NCBI GenBank assembly: GCA_963700285.1
Contig: CAVOXA010000010.1
Coordinates: 64,001-128,000, forward strand
DNA: 64,000 nt
Direction: 5' to 3'
From: an uncultured Chloroflexia bacterium
GTDB lineage: Bacteria; Chloroflexota; Anaerolineae; JAAYZQ01
The position numbers and the translations under genes were made by a program. The notes beneath the pieces are model-generated. The model was not told the origin of the DNA, ran no database searches, and saw only the letters and a program-made list of their open reading frames with translations. Of the stretch, positions 19,592 to 29,101 are shown one piece after another; the stretch's first letter is position 1, and each line of letters opens with the position of its first letter.

Positions 19592-21739
19592 GTGAAAAAA
19601 CACCGGGAATCGCGAGCAAGACACCCTATCATCCGCATTCTAGCCATCTGGGTAATCCAGGCCCTGGCCTTGGTCGTCCTCACATTTCTTCTGCGTGGCC
19701 TGCACGTGGACGACCTGAGGGCTGCCTTTGTCGCCTCGGCCGTCATCGGCCTGCTGAACGCTTTCCTGTGGCCGCTCTTGAGCTACGTTCTGCTGCCCTT
19801 TGCCGTCTTGACCCTGGGTCTGCTGGCCCTGGTGCTCAACGGCATCATCATCCTACTGGCGGGCCTGATCCTGCCTGGCTTCAACGTGGACAGCCTGGGG
19901 ACGGCCATCCTGGTCTCCCTGGGCCTGACGGCCATCAACATCATCGCCAGCACCCTGCTGACCATCGACGACGACAACTCCTGGAACCGCAACATGGTGC
20001 GGCGGCGGGCCAAGCGGATCGCCAAACCGGAAGAAACTGACGTTCCGGGCCTGTTCTTCCTGGAGATCGATGGCATGTCCAAGCCGGTGCTGGAGCGGGC
20101 CTTGGCCAGCGGTCACGCGCCCACCTTGGCCCGCTGGATCGAGGAGGGCAGCCACCGGCTGGTGGGCTGGGAGACCGACCTATCCTCCCAGACCTCGGCC
20201 AGCCAGGCCGGCATCCTCCACGGCAGCAACGAGAACATCCCCGCCTTTCGCTGGTGGGACCGCCAGAATAAGCGGATCGTCTCCTCCAGCAGCCCGGACG
20301 ACGTTGCCCGGCTGGAGAAGGAGCACTCGGACGGCAACGGCCTTCTGGCGGACGACGGCGCCAGCCGGGGTAACCTGTTCTCCGGCGATGCTCCCAACGT
20401 CATGAACACGGCCAGCACCATCAAGGACCTGTCGCGCTTTCACACCCTCGATTTCTATGCCTTCTTTGTCAACCCTTACAGCGTGGCTCGAACCCTACTC
20501 CTGACCATTTGGGACGTTGTCCTGGAAAAGTGGCGGTTCTGGCAGGACCGGCGCCACGAGGTCCAACCTATCCTGGGCAAGGACAAACGCGGCGGCGTGT
20601 ATCCCCTAATGCGGGCCTTTACCACCGTGATCATGCGCGAGCTGAATATTGAGACCCTGATCGGCGACATGTTCGCTGGTGTGCCCTCGGCCTATGCCAC
20701 CTTTGTCGGCTACGACGAGGTTGCCCACCACTCGGGCGTCGAGTCGGAGGACGCCTTTGATATCCTCTACAAGATGGACCAGCAGTTCGGCCGGCTGGAG
20801 AGCGCCGCCCAACAGGCGCCCCGTCCCTACCACCTCGTCGTCCTGGCTGACCACGGGCAGAGCGGAGGGGCCACCTTCAAACAGCGCTATCACATGACAC
20901 TCGAGGAGTTGGTGCAGGACTTGCTCAAAGAGTACCGCGTCGAAGGGGCAGCCGACGTGCACGAGGACTGGAAATACGTCAACGTCTTTCTGACAGAGGC
21001 CATGCAGAGCCAGCAGAAGGCGGTGAGCGAGCCCCTGGGCCGAGCGCTGAAAAGCCGCACGGTGGATGGCGAGGCGGCCCTGGGACCGGAGGCTGGAACG
21101 GACCGGGGCGAGGGTGATGAGGTCGAGGGTACGGAAGAGGACACAGACCGGATCGTGGTACTGGCTTCAGGCAACCTGGGCCTGGTATATGGCGCCGCGC
21201 TCGACGAACGGATCACGCTGGAGGAATTGGAAGACTACTTTCCAGGCCTGCTGGATGGGCTGGCGCAGCACGAGGGAGTTGGTTTCGTCATGGTCCATTC
21301 CCGCGAGCACGGGCCGGTAGTCATCGGCGCCCAGGGCTGGTCCTATCTGGATGAGGATCGCATCGAGGGCGAGGATCCGCTGGCAAGCTTTGGCCCCAAT
21401 GCGGCGGAGCACCTGCGCCGCACGGACGGCTTCCCCGACGCGCCAGACATCCTGGTGAACAGCTTCTACGACGTCGAGACCAACGAGGTCGCTGCCTTTG
21501 AGGAGCTCATCGGCAGCCATGGCGGCCTGGGAGGCTACCAAACCCAGCCTTTCCTGCTGTACCCATCGGAATGGGAGCTCGATGGCGGCGAACTGGTAGG
21601 CGCGGCGGCGGTCCACCGCCAGTTCAAGCACTGGCTGGGACAGCTTCAGCCGGGCACTGACGGGCAACCGGCGGGTGATGGTGAACAGGCACTCGCGGAT
21701 GATGCGCTTGCGCCTGCACCTGCGCCGGCCGTTGATTGA
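19592..21739 (+). CDS. DUF360 (holin-like 4TM) domain fused to alkaline-phosphatase-superfamily phosphodiesterase
   Basis: N-terminal LNA.L.P.L....LP...LTLGL; EIDG, SQTSASQAG, YDEVAHH, ADHG, SHGG motifs. Confidence 0.8.
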   Translation: MKKHRESRARHPIIRILAIWVIQALALVVLTFLLRGLHVDDLRAAFVASAVIGLLNAFLWPLLSYVLLPFAVLTLGLLALVLNGIIILLAGLILPGFNVDSLGTAILVSLGLTAINIIASTLLTIDDDNSWNRNMVRRRAKRIAKPEETDVPGLFFLEIDGMSKPVLERALASGHAPTLARWIEEGSHRLVGWETDLSSQTSASQAGILHGSNENIPAFRWWDRQNKRIVSSSSPDDVARLEKEHSDGNGLLADDGASRGNLFSGDAPNVMNTASTIKDLSRFHTLDFYAFFVNPYSVARTLLLTIWDVVLEKWRFWQDRRHEVQPILGKDKRGGVYPLMRAFTTVIMRELNIETLIGDMFAGVPSAYATFVGYDEVAHHSGVESEDAFDILYKMDQQFGRLESAAQQAPRPYHLVVLADHGQSGGATFKQRYHMTLEELVQDLLKEYRVEGAADVHEDWKYVNVFLTEAMQSQQKAVSEPLGRALKSRTVDGEAALGPEAGTDRGEGDEVEGTEEDTDRIVVLASGNLGLVYGAALDERITLEELEDYFPGLLDGLAQHEGVGFVMVHSREHGPVVIGAQGWSYLDEDRIEGEDPLASFGPNAAEHLRRTDGFPDAPDILVNSFYDVETNEVAAFEELIGSHGGLGGYQTQPFLLYPSEWELDGGELVGAAAVHRQFKHWLGQLQPGTDGQPAGDGEQALADDALAPAPAPAVD

Positions 21740-21912
21740 GCTGTGTAGACTCGAGGGGCCATTGAGCCTCGAGGATCGAACCATCTGATGGAGGAAGACG
21801 AAGCCGCCTTTGGGGTGGAGGTGTAGATTCTGGACGATGGACGCCCGACGAGGGGCTGGCCGGTTGGCCATCCGTCGTCCGCCATCGCCTAAACCGAAAG
21901 GAGAGTTAGAAT

Positions 21913-22557
21913 ATGGTTTCAACGCTAGCTATCGCTGTTCTAGCCGGCCTGCTGGGCATTGCGTTCTGCTTCGTCGGCTACCGCTTCTTCCTGGTCATGC
22001 TGCCCGTCTGGGGCTTTTTCGCCGGGTTCTGGATCGGCGCCATGGGCATCTCCATGCTGCTGGGCGGAGGGTTCCTGGGCACTACAACGGCACTCGTCGT
22101 GGGCGTCGTGGTGGGCATCGTCGGGGCCATCCTATCCTACTTTTTCTACATGGCGGGGGTGGTTCTCATCGCCGCAGCCTTTGGCGGCATGCTGGCCTCG
22201 GCCATCATGGGCGCGCTGGGCTTTGACCCGGGGCTGATCACCACCATCGTCATCGTCGTCAGCGCCATCGTCGCTGCCGGACTCACGCTGCTGCTAAACA
22301 TCCAGAAGCTGGTGATCATTGTCTTTACGGCCATCGCGGGTGCCGCGCTGATCGTGGTGGGAGTGATGGTCCTGTTTGGCCAGATCACCCCGGCCGACCT
22401 GAAGGCTGGGGGAGGTTTTCTGAAGCCCATTTTCGAGGGTTCCTGGTTCTGGGGCCTTGTCACAGTGGTACTGGCAGTGGCAGGCGCCGTAGTCCAGTTT
22501 CGCACCAGCTCGGCCTATACCTTCATCAAGGATGACTATGTGGAGGGCTGGGGATAG
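21913..22557 (+). CDS. DUF4203/TMEM198-like membrane protein
   Basis: G...CF.GYR.F...L..WGF..G pattern; Gly-rich TMs. Confidence 0.7.
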   Translation: MVSTLAIAVLAGLLGIAFCFVGYRFFLVMLPVWGFFAGFWIGAMGISMLLGGGFLGTTTALVVGVVVGIVGAILSYFFYMAGVVLIAAAFGGMLASAIMGALGFDPGLITTIVIVVSAIVAAGLTLLLNIQKLVIIVFTAIAGAALIVVGVMVLFGQITPADLKAGGGFLKPIFEGSWFWGLVTVVLAVAGAVVQFRTSSAYTFIKDDYVEGWG

Positions 22558-22599
22558 GACCAGCCGGTACCTGAGATATTGATTTGGAGGAGCCAAACC

Positions 22600-23289
22600 A
22601 TGTTCTATATTGACCCCGTTTATTTCTGGTACGTGTTCATACCCACCATTCTGATTTCGATCGGCGTGCAACTCTATCTGCGCTCTACGTTCTCCAAGTG
22701 GAGCAAGATCAAGAACAGCTCGGGGCTAGTGGGCCCCCAGGTGGCCAACCAACTCTATGGCCACACATCCCTGAAAGCAGTCCCCATCGAGCGCGTCAGG
22801 GGTAGCATGACGGATCACTTTGACCCGGGCAACAACGTCGTACGCCTGTCGGACCCGGTGTCGACCCAGCCCTCAGTGGCATCCATGGCCATAACGGCCC
22901 ACGAACTGGGTCACGTCCAGCAATACCAGACCGGCTCGGCCCTGATCAAGGTCCGTGGTTTTCTGCTGCCGGCCCTGCAGTTCAGCCCCACGCTGTCCTA
23001 CATTGCCATCCTGTTGGGCCTGTGGTTCAACATGACGGGTATGCTATGGCTGGGCATCATCTTTTTCGCGCTCATGGTCCTCTTCTCGATCCTGACACTG
23101 CCGGTGGAGATCGACGCCAGCCGCCGCGGAACGAGGCTGCTTCAAGAAGCCGGTTTGATGCGTACCGACGCCGACGCCCAAGGGTCCAAGGCGGTACTCA
23201 CCGCCGCGGCGCTGACCTATCTGGCCGCGGCCATCACCTCTATCCTGCAACTGCTGTACTATATCAGCATCGCGAAGCGCAGGAGTTAG
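22600..23289 (+). CDS. YugP-family neutral zinc metallopeptidase
   Basis: TDHFDP, AHELGH.QQ, TLPVE.DAS.R, VL.AAALTY. Confidence 0.9.
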   Translation: MFYIDPVYFWYVFIPTILISIGVQLYLRSTFSKWSKIKNSSGLVGPQVANQLYGHTSLKAVPIERVRGSMTDHFDPGNNVVRLSDPVSTQPSVASMAITAHELGHVQQYQTGSALIKVRGFLLPALQFSPTLSYIAILLGLWFNMTGMLWLGIIFFALMVLFSILTLPVEIDASRRGTRLLQEAGLMRTDADAQGSKAVLTAAALTYLAAAITSILQLLYYISIAKRRS

Positions 23290-23369
23290 CCTGAATCAGG
23301 AACCAACCCAGACTGGGCCAGGCGCGAACCCAGTGGGGCCCTGCGCCTGGCCCAGTCTTGATTCAGGCT
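23288..23369. repeat. Long intergenic inverted repeat (hairpin)
   Basis: 23288-23298/23359-23369 (11 bp) and 23310-23325/23343-23358 (16 bp), perfect arms. Confidence 0.75.
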
Positions 23370-23386
23370 CGGCCAAGACACCAAAC

Positions 23387-23539
23387 ATGGACAACCAAGA
23401 AAGCGCTCAGAGAGCACAGCAAGAAGCTCGAACGGCCAGCCAGCAGCTTCTGCGAACCGTAACCTGGCTGGCTGCCGCCATCGTGGCAACCATGATCGTA
23501 GCTTCTTGCGTGCTGGTCCTGTACTTGCTGAGCATCTGA
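23387..23539 (+). CDS. Small single-pass membrane protein (50 aa)
   Basis: MDNQESAQRAQQEARTASQQLLRT followed by a hydrophobic C-terminal helix; weak RBS. Confidence 0.4.
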   Translation: MDNQESAQRAQQEARTASQQLLRTVTWLAAAIVATMIVASCVLVLYLLSI

Positions 23540-23666
23540 AGCGGACAATGGATCTATTACTCCAGATCCCCGTCCTGGCCAGTGGTCATTCTGCTCACCA
23601 TTCTGGGCAAGTGAGCGCCTGATCGTAGCTCTCACAACTGCGTTCCATGTTGTCAAGGAAGAATTG

Positions 23667-23807
23667 ATGCCCCGGGAGCGAGTTGTAGACCGAATCCTCA
23701 GCATCCTGCTGGTTGTGTTCCTGGCCGTACTGGCCTGGGCACTCACCGCCAACCTTATCTGGTGGATCGCTCCCCCGAGGCGCTTGGAGCAAGCAGCTCG
23801 CAGCTAG
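23667..23807 (+). CDS. Small single-pass membrane protein (46 aa)
   Basis: MPRERVVDRILSILLVVFLAVLAWALTANLIWWIAPPRRLEQAARS*, AAGGA upstream; translated by hand, below ORF-track cutoff. Confidence 0.45.
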   Translation: MPRERVVDRILSILLVVFLAVLAWALTANLIWWIAPPRRLEQAARS

Positions 23808-24280
23808 CTGGCCGCCGGCGTCCACCAACGGCAAAGCGCTCCTCTCCCAGGCGTCAGCCCTTGCCCAACCCCTTGCGGTTTGGGATCGTCTCCTCTTTGA
23901 TGCAGATAGCGATTCCCTCGCATAGACATCCGGCGGAGAGGCCACAGACACACCGCCCGGCAGCCATTCAGATTTCCCAACGAGAATTCGGTCCAGAAAG
24001 GAGAAGAGCGCTCAGCTGGCGGCCTGCCCCCGAACGCTCTTATAAAGGAGAGACAATGTTTGTTGCAGTATACCAGGCGGAGGCAGCCTTGTCATCGGGC
24101 AAAACATTGATTCTCCCTACGAAGAAAGGGCCGCATCCATACGGAGGTTCTCCACACACAGCCCCGGAGCCGTAAGGCGAATTGAGGAGGGGACCTACGA
24201 CAAAAGGCGTACGCACGGAATAAGGAATATACTCCAGAACTAAAGATCTTGAAATTTTAATATAAGAATATCAATTTGGG

Positions 24281-24311
24281 ACTTGACAAAATTCAAGTTC
24301 TATGTTAGAAT
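24281..24311 (+). promoter_or_regulatory. Sigma70 promoter overlapped by an inverted-repeat operator
   Basis: TTGACA (24283-24288), 17 bp, TAGAAT (24306-24311) with TG extension; ACTTGA-N6-TCAAGT overlaps the -35. Confidence 0.7.
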
Positions 24312-24383
24312 ATTGAAGGTTCATTCGAAGATTCTTGACCTAAGTGTGGCATCTCTAGCAGACTTCTGATAGGAGGATATCCA

Positions 24384-24605
24384 ATGTATTACACAGACCC
24401 ACTTACAGTCGAAAGGCTAACAGCGTTGCGCGTACAGACAGCCCGGCGCCAGGCCCAATCCAGCACCCTACTGCACCAAGTAGCATCGAAAGAAAAGAGC
24501 CTGCCCCACCATGGTCACCGGCTGTTGCGCCGTATGGGACATCAACTGGTGGTGTTGGGCAGATGGTTAGAGCAATACAGCGCTCCACAACACTCGTACC
24601 AGTAA
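24384..24605 (+). CDS. Hypothetical protein (73 aa)
   Basis: AGGAGG RBS; first ORF after the promoter. Confidence 0.55.
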   Translation: MYYTDPLTVERLTALRVQTARRQAQSSTLLHQVASKEKSLPHHGHRLLRRMGHQLVVLGRWLEQYSAPQHSYQ

Positions 24606-24680
24606 GGCCGCACCCGGCCATGAGGGACCAAGTGCGCCCACAATCAGCAACCAGGAGTCACTCTTAGAGGAGGTAGGAAA

Positions 24681-25052
24681 ATGTATCCAGTAATAGGCAA
24701 ATGTCCAGTCTGCGGTGACACACTATCCGTGGCCCGGCTCCATTGCCGGAGTTGTGATTCGGCCCTGGAGGGACAGTTCAGCCTGGGCCGCTTTTACCAG
24801 CTATCACCCACGCAACTGGCCTTCGTAGAGACCTTCATCCGCAGTGAGGGCAAGCTGACTCGTCTGCAAGATGAGTTGGGCATATCTTATCCCACTGCCC
24901 GAGCGCGCCTGACCGAGGTGATCCAGGCCCTGGGCTACGAAGTCCGCGTGGAACCAGAGCCGGTCTCTGTCGAGGAACGAAAAAGGATCCTTGAACAACT
25001 GGCTTCGGGCCAGATTACGTCGGAACAAGCAGTGGAGCTACTCAAGGGCTGA
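24681..25052 (+). CDS. DUF2089 family protein (Zn ribbon + HTH + SHOCT-like tail)
   Basis: CPVCG...L.C..C, F...EG.L......LGISYPT.R.RL, ILEQLASGQIT.EQA. Confidence 0.9.
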   Translation: MYPVIGKCPVCGDTLSVARLHCRSCDSALEGQFSLGRFYQLSPTQLAFVETFIRSEGKLTRLQDELGISYPTARARLTEVIQALGYEVRVEPEPVSVEERKRILEQLASGQITSEQAVELLKG

Positions 25053-25065
25053 CAGGAGGAAAAGA

Positions 25066-26466
25066 ATGTTCGAGATACGGATTCAGGCAACACAAGGCAG
25101 CCTTCTGACGCTGGATGAAATGGCTGGAAATCTGGTACTGGCTGGCGAGGACCGGGCCGATATCTTGTTCCGGTCTGGCGATGGTCACGAGGAGGACTTG
25201 AGGGTCGAGGAAACAGCAACTGGGCCGGTTATCTCAGCCCGGATGAACTGCGAGATACGGGTACCCTCTTCGGTCCTGGTGTCCGTTCGCCAGGTGGCAG
25301 GAAACTTTGGGGCCAAAGGGCTGGCGGAACTCAACGCCGAACAAGTACGCGGCAACCTGAGGATGCAGGCCGTCGCCAGGGCAACCCTGGCCGAGGTCTA
25401 TGGGAACCTGAGGGCGGATGAGATGGATTCACTGCGTGTAGTGGGTACCGTGTACGGGGACGCGCATCTGAAGTTGGTACAGGCCATCGACATACAGAAT
25501 GTTCGCGGAAACATGCAGGTGAAAGCATCGGATCAGATCCGCGTGTCGCGTACTGGCGGTAATCTGCAGGTCCGGGATCTCGGCGGCTCCCTGAACGCTG
25601 ACAAGATAGGCGGCAACGCACTCTTGCGAGGCGTCGGCGGTACGCTAACCCTTGACCAGGTTGCGGGAAACCTTGTCGTCAAGGATCTCTGCGGTGGAGC
25701 CAAGGTTGGCAGGGTCGGCGGCAACCTGGTCTGGAACGGTACACTGGGCGCCGGCTGTACCTATCACTTTCAGGCCGACGGTAACGCCATACTGCGCCTG
25801 AACGAGGACGCCAGCGCCCACGTGACGCTGAAGGCCAAGGGCAACCTGCACACACCAACGGCTCTGGCCGGGGTACAACGTGAGGGAACCACGCTATCTG
25901 GAACCCTAGGCGAGGGCGGTTCAGAAATAGTCGTCGAGGCCAAGGGCAATGTCCAACTCGGCAGTGGACAGCCAGGAATCGGCGCCGATCTCGGTGAAGA
26001 GATCTCCAGGCAGGTAGAAGAGGGCCTGCAAGCCATCGACCTGGAAGCCATCGGACGCCAGGTAGGCCAGGAGATGGAAGCAGCCATGTCACGGTTGCGC
26101 GTCAAGCTGGAGGACGTGGACTGGGACCGCGTCGGCCACCAGGCCGAGCGAGCAGTGGAACTGGCCATGGACCGTATGCAACGAGATATGGACCGCATGG
26201 TCGGCAAGGCGGCCCAGCAGCAGGAAAAGGTAGAACGCAAAGCCGAGAAAGAAGCACACCGGCGAGAGCGGCAAGAGCGCAGGGGACACAGCGAACGGCA
26301 AGGGGAACCAGCAGCGAAAGCCCAAGATCTGCCAGTCGAAACAGCCTACGAAGCGGGTGAGCCCGAATCCGATCTGGACGACGAACGACTGAGCATCCTC
26401 AGGATGGTGGAGCAGGGCCAGATCAACCCCGAAGAAGCCGAAATGCTCTTGGACGCGCTGAGGTAG
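25066..26466 (+). CDS. DUF4097-like beta-repeat protein with coiled coil and C-terminal SHOCT-like domain
   Basis: Many V.GNL repeats, charged helical region, ERLSILRMVEQGQINPEEAEMLLDAL. Confidence 0.75.
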   Translation: MFEIRIQATQGSLLTLDEMAGNLVLAGEDRADILFRSGDGHEEDLRVEETATGPVISARMNCEIRVPSSVLVSVRQVAGNFGAKGLAELNAEQVRGNLRMQAVARATLAEVYGNLRADEMDSLRVVGTVYGDAHLKLVQAIDIQNVRGNMQVKASDQIRVSRTGGNLQVRDLGGSLNADKIGGNALLRGVGGTLTLDQVAGNLVVKDLCGGAKVGRVGGNLVWNGTLGAGCTYHFQADGNAILRLNEDASAHVTLKAKGNLHTPTALAGVQREGTTLSGTLGEGGSEIVVEAKGNVQLGSGQPGIGADLGEEISRQVEEGLQAIDLEAIGRQVGQEMEAAMSRLRVKLEDVDWDRVGHQAERAVELAMDRMQRDMDRMVGKAAQQQEKVERKAEKEAHRRERQERRGHSERQGEPAAKAQDLPVETAYEAGEPESDLDDERLSILRMVEQGQINPEEAEMLLDALR

Positions 26467-26514
26467 ATACCCGCTGGCAACGAGCTAGATACCACTACCA
26501 AGCGAGAGCAGAGA

Positions 26515-27858
26515 GTGCAAAACATGGAGAATCGCAGACTTCAGGGCACGTGGCAAGCTCCCTTTTTCGCCATCTGGACCGGCCAGGCATTTTCCCTGGT
26601 CGGCAGCAAAGTTGTCCAGTTTGCGCTGGTCTGGTGGCTGACCGAACTGACCGGTTCAGCCACCGTTTTGGCCACGGCCACCATGGTGGCCATTGTCCCA
26701 GAAGTGATCCTGGGGCCCTTCGCTGGCGCGTACGTGGATCGCTGGAACCGGCGGGTGGTCATGATGGCGGCTGATGCCCTCGTGGCCCTGGCCTCGCTGT
26801 GGCTGGCCTATCTGTTTTGGATCGGGGCGATGCAGGTGTGGCACGTCTACACCATCATGTTTATCCGTGCTGTAGGCAGCAGTTTTCACTGGCCTGCCAT
26901 GCAGGCTTCAACTTCGCTGATGGTACCCAAGAAGCACCTGACGCGCGTGGCAGGCATGAACCAGACCATGAACGGCGCGCTGAACATTGTGGCCCCCCCC
27001 TTGGGAGCGCTGCTCATGGTGGTCATGCCGCTCTACGGAGTCATGTTGGTCGATGTAGGTACGGCCCTGCTGGCCATCGTCCCTCTGCTTCTGGTCCGCA
27101 TTCCCCAGCCCAGGCGAGATGACATCATGCCTGAGGCCGGGGACAAGCCGTCGGTCTGGGCCGATGTACGCGCTGGCCTGCGTTATATTGGCGCCTGGCC
27201 AGGGCTGATAGCCCTGATTGTCATGGTCATGATCCTAAAGATCGCGCTCACTCCGGCCTTCTCCCTGCTGCCGCTCTTGGTCAGCGCGCATTTTGGCGGC
27301 GATGCAGCCCAGTTGAGCCTGCTCGAAGCCATCGCTGGTGCGGGCATCGTCTTGGGCGGTTTGGCCTTGAGTGTGTGGGGGGGATTCCGGCGAAGGATCT
27401 ATACTACACTGATGGGTGGAACCATCCTGGGTCTGGGCTTTTTCGTGCTGGGACTCACGCCGGCAGGTTTGTTCTGGGTGGCCCTTGGCAGCGTCTTTGT
27501 GGTAGGCTTGATGATTCCGCTGATCGATGGACCCATCATGGCCATCCTCCAGGGTACTGTTGAGCCCGCCATGCAAGGCAGGGTGTTCACCACCATGGGC
27601 AGCTTGCTGTTGCTCACCTCGCCCTTAAGCCTGGCCATCGCCGGACCGGTCAGCGATTGGATTGGCCTTCAGATCTGGTACCTGGCCGCCGGCGTGCTGT
27701 GCGCCGCCCTGGCCCTGGCAGGATTCTTTGTGCCCGCCATCGCCAACATCGAAGAGAACCACAGGGGGTATGCCGCACAACGGCAGCAGTTGGCCCCTTC
27801 TGTTGCTGAAGGAGCGCTGGTCACAGCCCCCACGGAGATCGCCGCGGCCGGAGACTAG
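26515..27858 (+). CDS. MFS transporter (DHA3/Mef-like)
   Basis: WTGQAFSLVGS..VQFAL, G.YVDRWNRR, FHWPAMQAS, MQGRVF. Confidence 0.88.
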   Translation: MQNMENRRLQGTWQAPFFAIWTGQAFSLVGSKVVQFALVWWLTELTGSATVLATATMVAIVPEVILGPFAGAYVDRWNRRVVMMAADALVALASLWLAYLFWIGAMQVWHVYTIMFIRAVGSSFHWPAMQASTSLMVPKKHLTRVAGMNQTMNGALNIVAPPLGALLMVVMPLYGVMLVDVGTALLAIVPLLLVRIPQPRRDDIMPEAGDKPSVWADVRAGLRYIGAWPGLIALIVMVMILKIALTPAFSLLPLLVSAHFGGDAAQLSLLEAIAGAGIVLGGLALSVWGGFRRRIYTTLMGGTILGLGFFVLGLTPAGLFWVALGSVFVVGLMIPLIDGPIMAILQGTVEPAMQGRVFTTMGSLLLLTSPLSLAIAGPVSDWIGLQIWYLAAGVLCAALALAGFFVPAIANIEENHRGYAAQRQQLAPSVAEGALVTAPTEIAAAGD

Positions 27859-28048
27859 GCGGTGCAAAACACCTCACAGCGGAAAAGGCCCGGCCGTTGT
27901 GATGCCAATCTTCTCGCGGCTCGCCCCTGTCGCAGGCACCACAATACGCTTGCTCCTTGGGCAGCAGGGAAAAACGTACCTTAACAGCAGCCAGTATTCA
28001 AGATGTTGCTTTTTCGCGACTGTGCTATAATGGGCTCACCTGAAACCA

Positions 28049-29098
28049 GTGAGTGTAACAGAGATGGTCGTTACCGCAACAACAGGCACAGTGCCTCAAG
28101 TCCAGGGCAGCCTGCGCCCAATGGACCCCACCCGGGATCTGGGAGCCATTGCCGATCTCATCGAAGAAGCCTTTGCCCACGAGATAGATGAGCGGGGCCG
28201 GGCCGCCATCCGCGAAATGCGCTGGATGGCGCGCCTGACCCCTCTGGTCTGGTGGTGGTCGCAGGCCGATCCGGCTTTCCAGGATACCTTCAACGGTTTT
28301 GTATGGGAAGAACCAACCCCAAGCGGCAGGGGGACACAGATCGTAGGCAATGTCAGCCTAAATCGAACTCCCGGGAGTCACCAGCGCAGGATCGTTTGCA
28401 ACGTGGCGGTTCAAAAAGCCTACCGCGGCCAGGGCCTAGGACGGCGCCTGACAGAGGCAGCCGTTGTCGAGGCGCAGACTAGCGGGGCCGAGGGAGTCGT
28501 GATCCAGGTATATCAGGACAATCCCCGCGCCCTCCGGTTGTACACCGACTTGGGCTTCCAGGAGGTGACTGGAGAAACCGACCTCCAGCTCGCGACCATC
28601 GAGCCAGTCAACCCTGTGGCCGCTCCTGGCTACCGCCTTCAGGCCTGGCGGCCCTCCCACGGGCGAGCCGTATACGAACTGGCCCGGCTGGTGACCCCCT
28701 CACCACAATCCTGGATCAGGCCTCTGCGGGCTAGCAGCTACCAGCCAGGCTGGTGGGCGCGCTTGGGACAGCAGGTGGCAGACCTGGCCCAAGGCCGGCG
28801 AGTATATCGACTGGTGGCACTGAAAGAGGAACACCTTGTGGCTATGATGACAGTGACCGCCTCCCTTCGGGGGGGCACCCACCTCCTGGAATTGCTGGTC
28901 CACCCGGAACACCGCAGCCAGTTGGAGTATACGCTCGTGAGCCGGGCACTGTACATGCTTTCCGCCGTGCCATCCAGACCGGTTCGGGTCACGGTCCTTG
29001 CGGAGCACACAGATGCACTGACCGCACTCTACGACAGCGGCTTCGAAGAGCAGCGAACACTCTTGACTCTTAGAAAAGACTTTGATCGCAGAGGATAG
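28049..29098 (+). CDS. GNAT family N-acetyltransferase (tandem GNAT fold)
   Basis: NVAV...YRGQGLGRRL, N..A..LY..LGF. Confidence 0.85.
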   Translation: MSVTEMVVTATTGTVPQVQGSLRPMDPTRDLGAIADLIEEAFAHEIDERGRAAIREMRWMARLTPLVWWWSQADPAFQDTFNGFVWEEPTPSGRGTQIVGNVSLNRTPGSHQRRIVCNVAVQKAYRGQGLGRRLTEAAVVEAQTSGAEGVVIQVYQDNPRALRLYTDLGFQEVTGETDLQLATIEPVNPVAAPGYRLQAWRPSHGRAVYELARLVTPSPQSWIRPLRASSYQPGWWARLGQQVADLAQGRRVYRLVALKEEHLVAMMTVTASLRGGTHLLELLVHPEHRSQLEYTLVSRALYMLSAVPSRPVRVTVLAEHTDALTALYDSGFEEQRTLLTLRKDFDRRG

Positions 29099-29101
29099 AC
29101 T

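Noticed and set aside
19592-21739. Holin-like domain as a sign of prophage
   Set aside because: It is the DUF360-type membrane domain fused to a phosphodiesterase; no phage genes are nearby.
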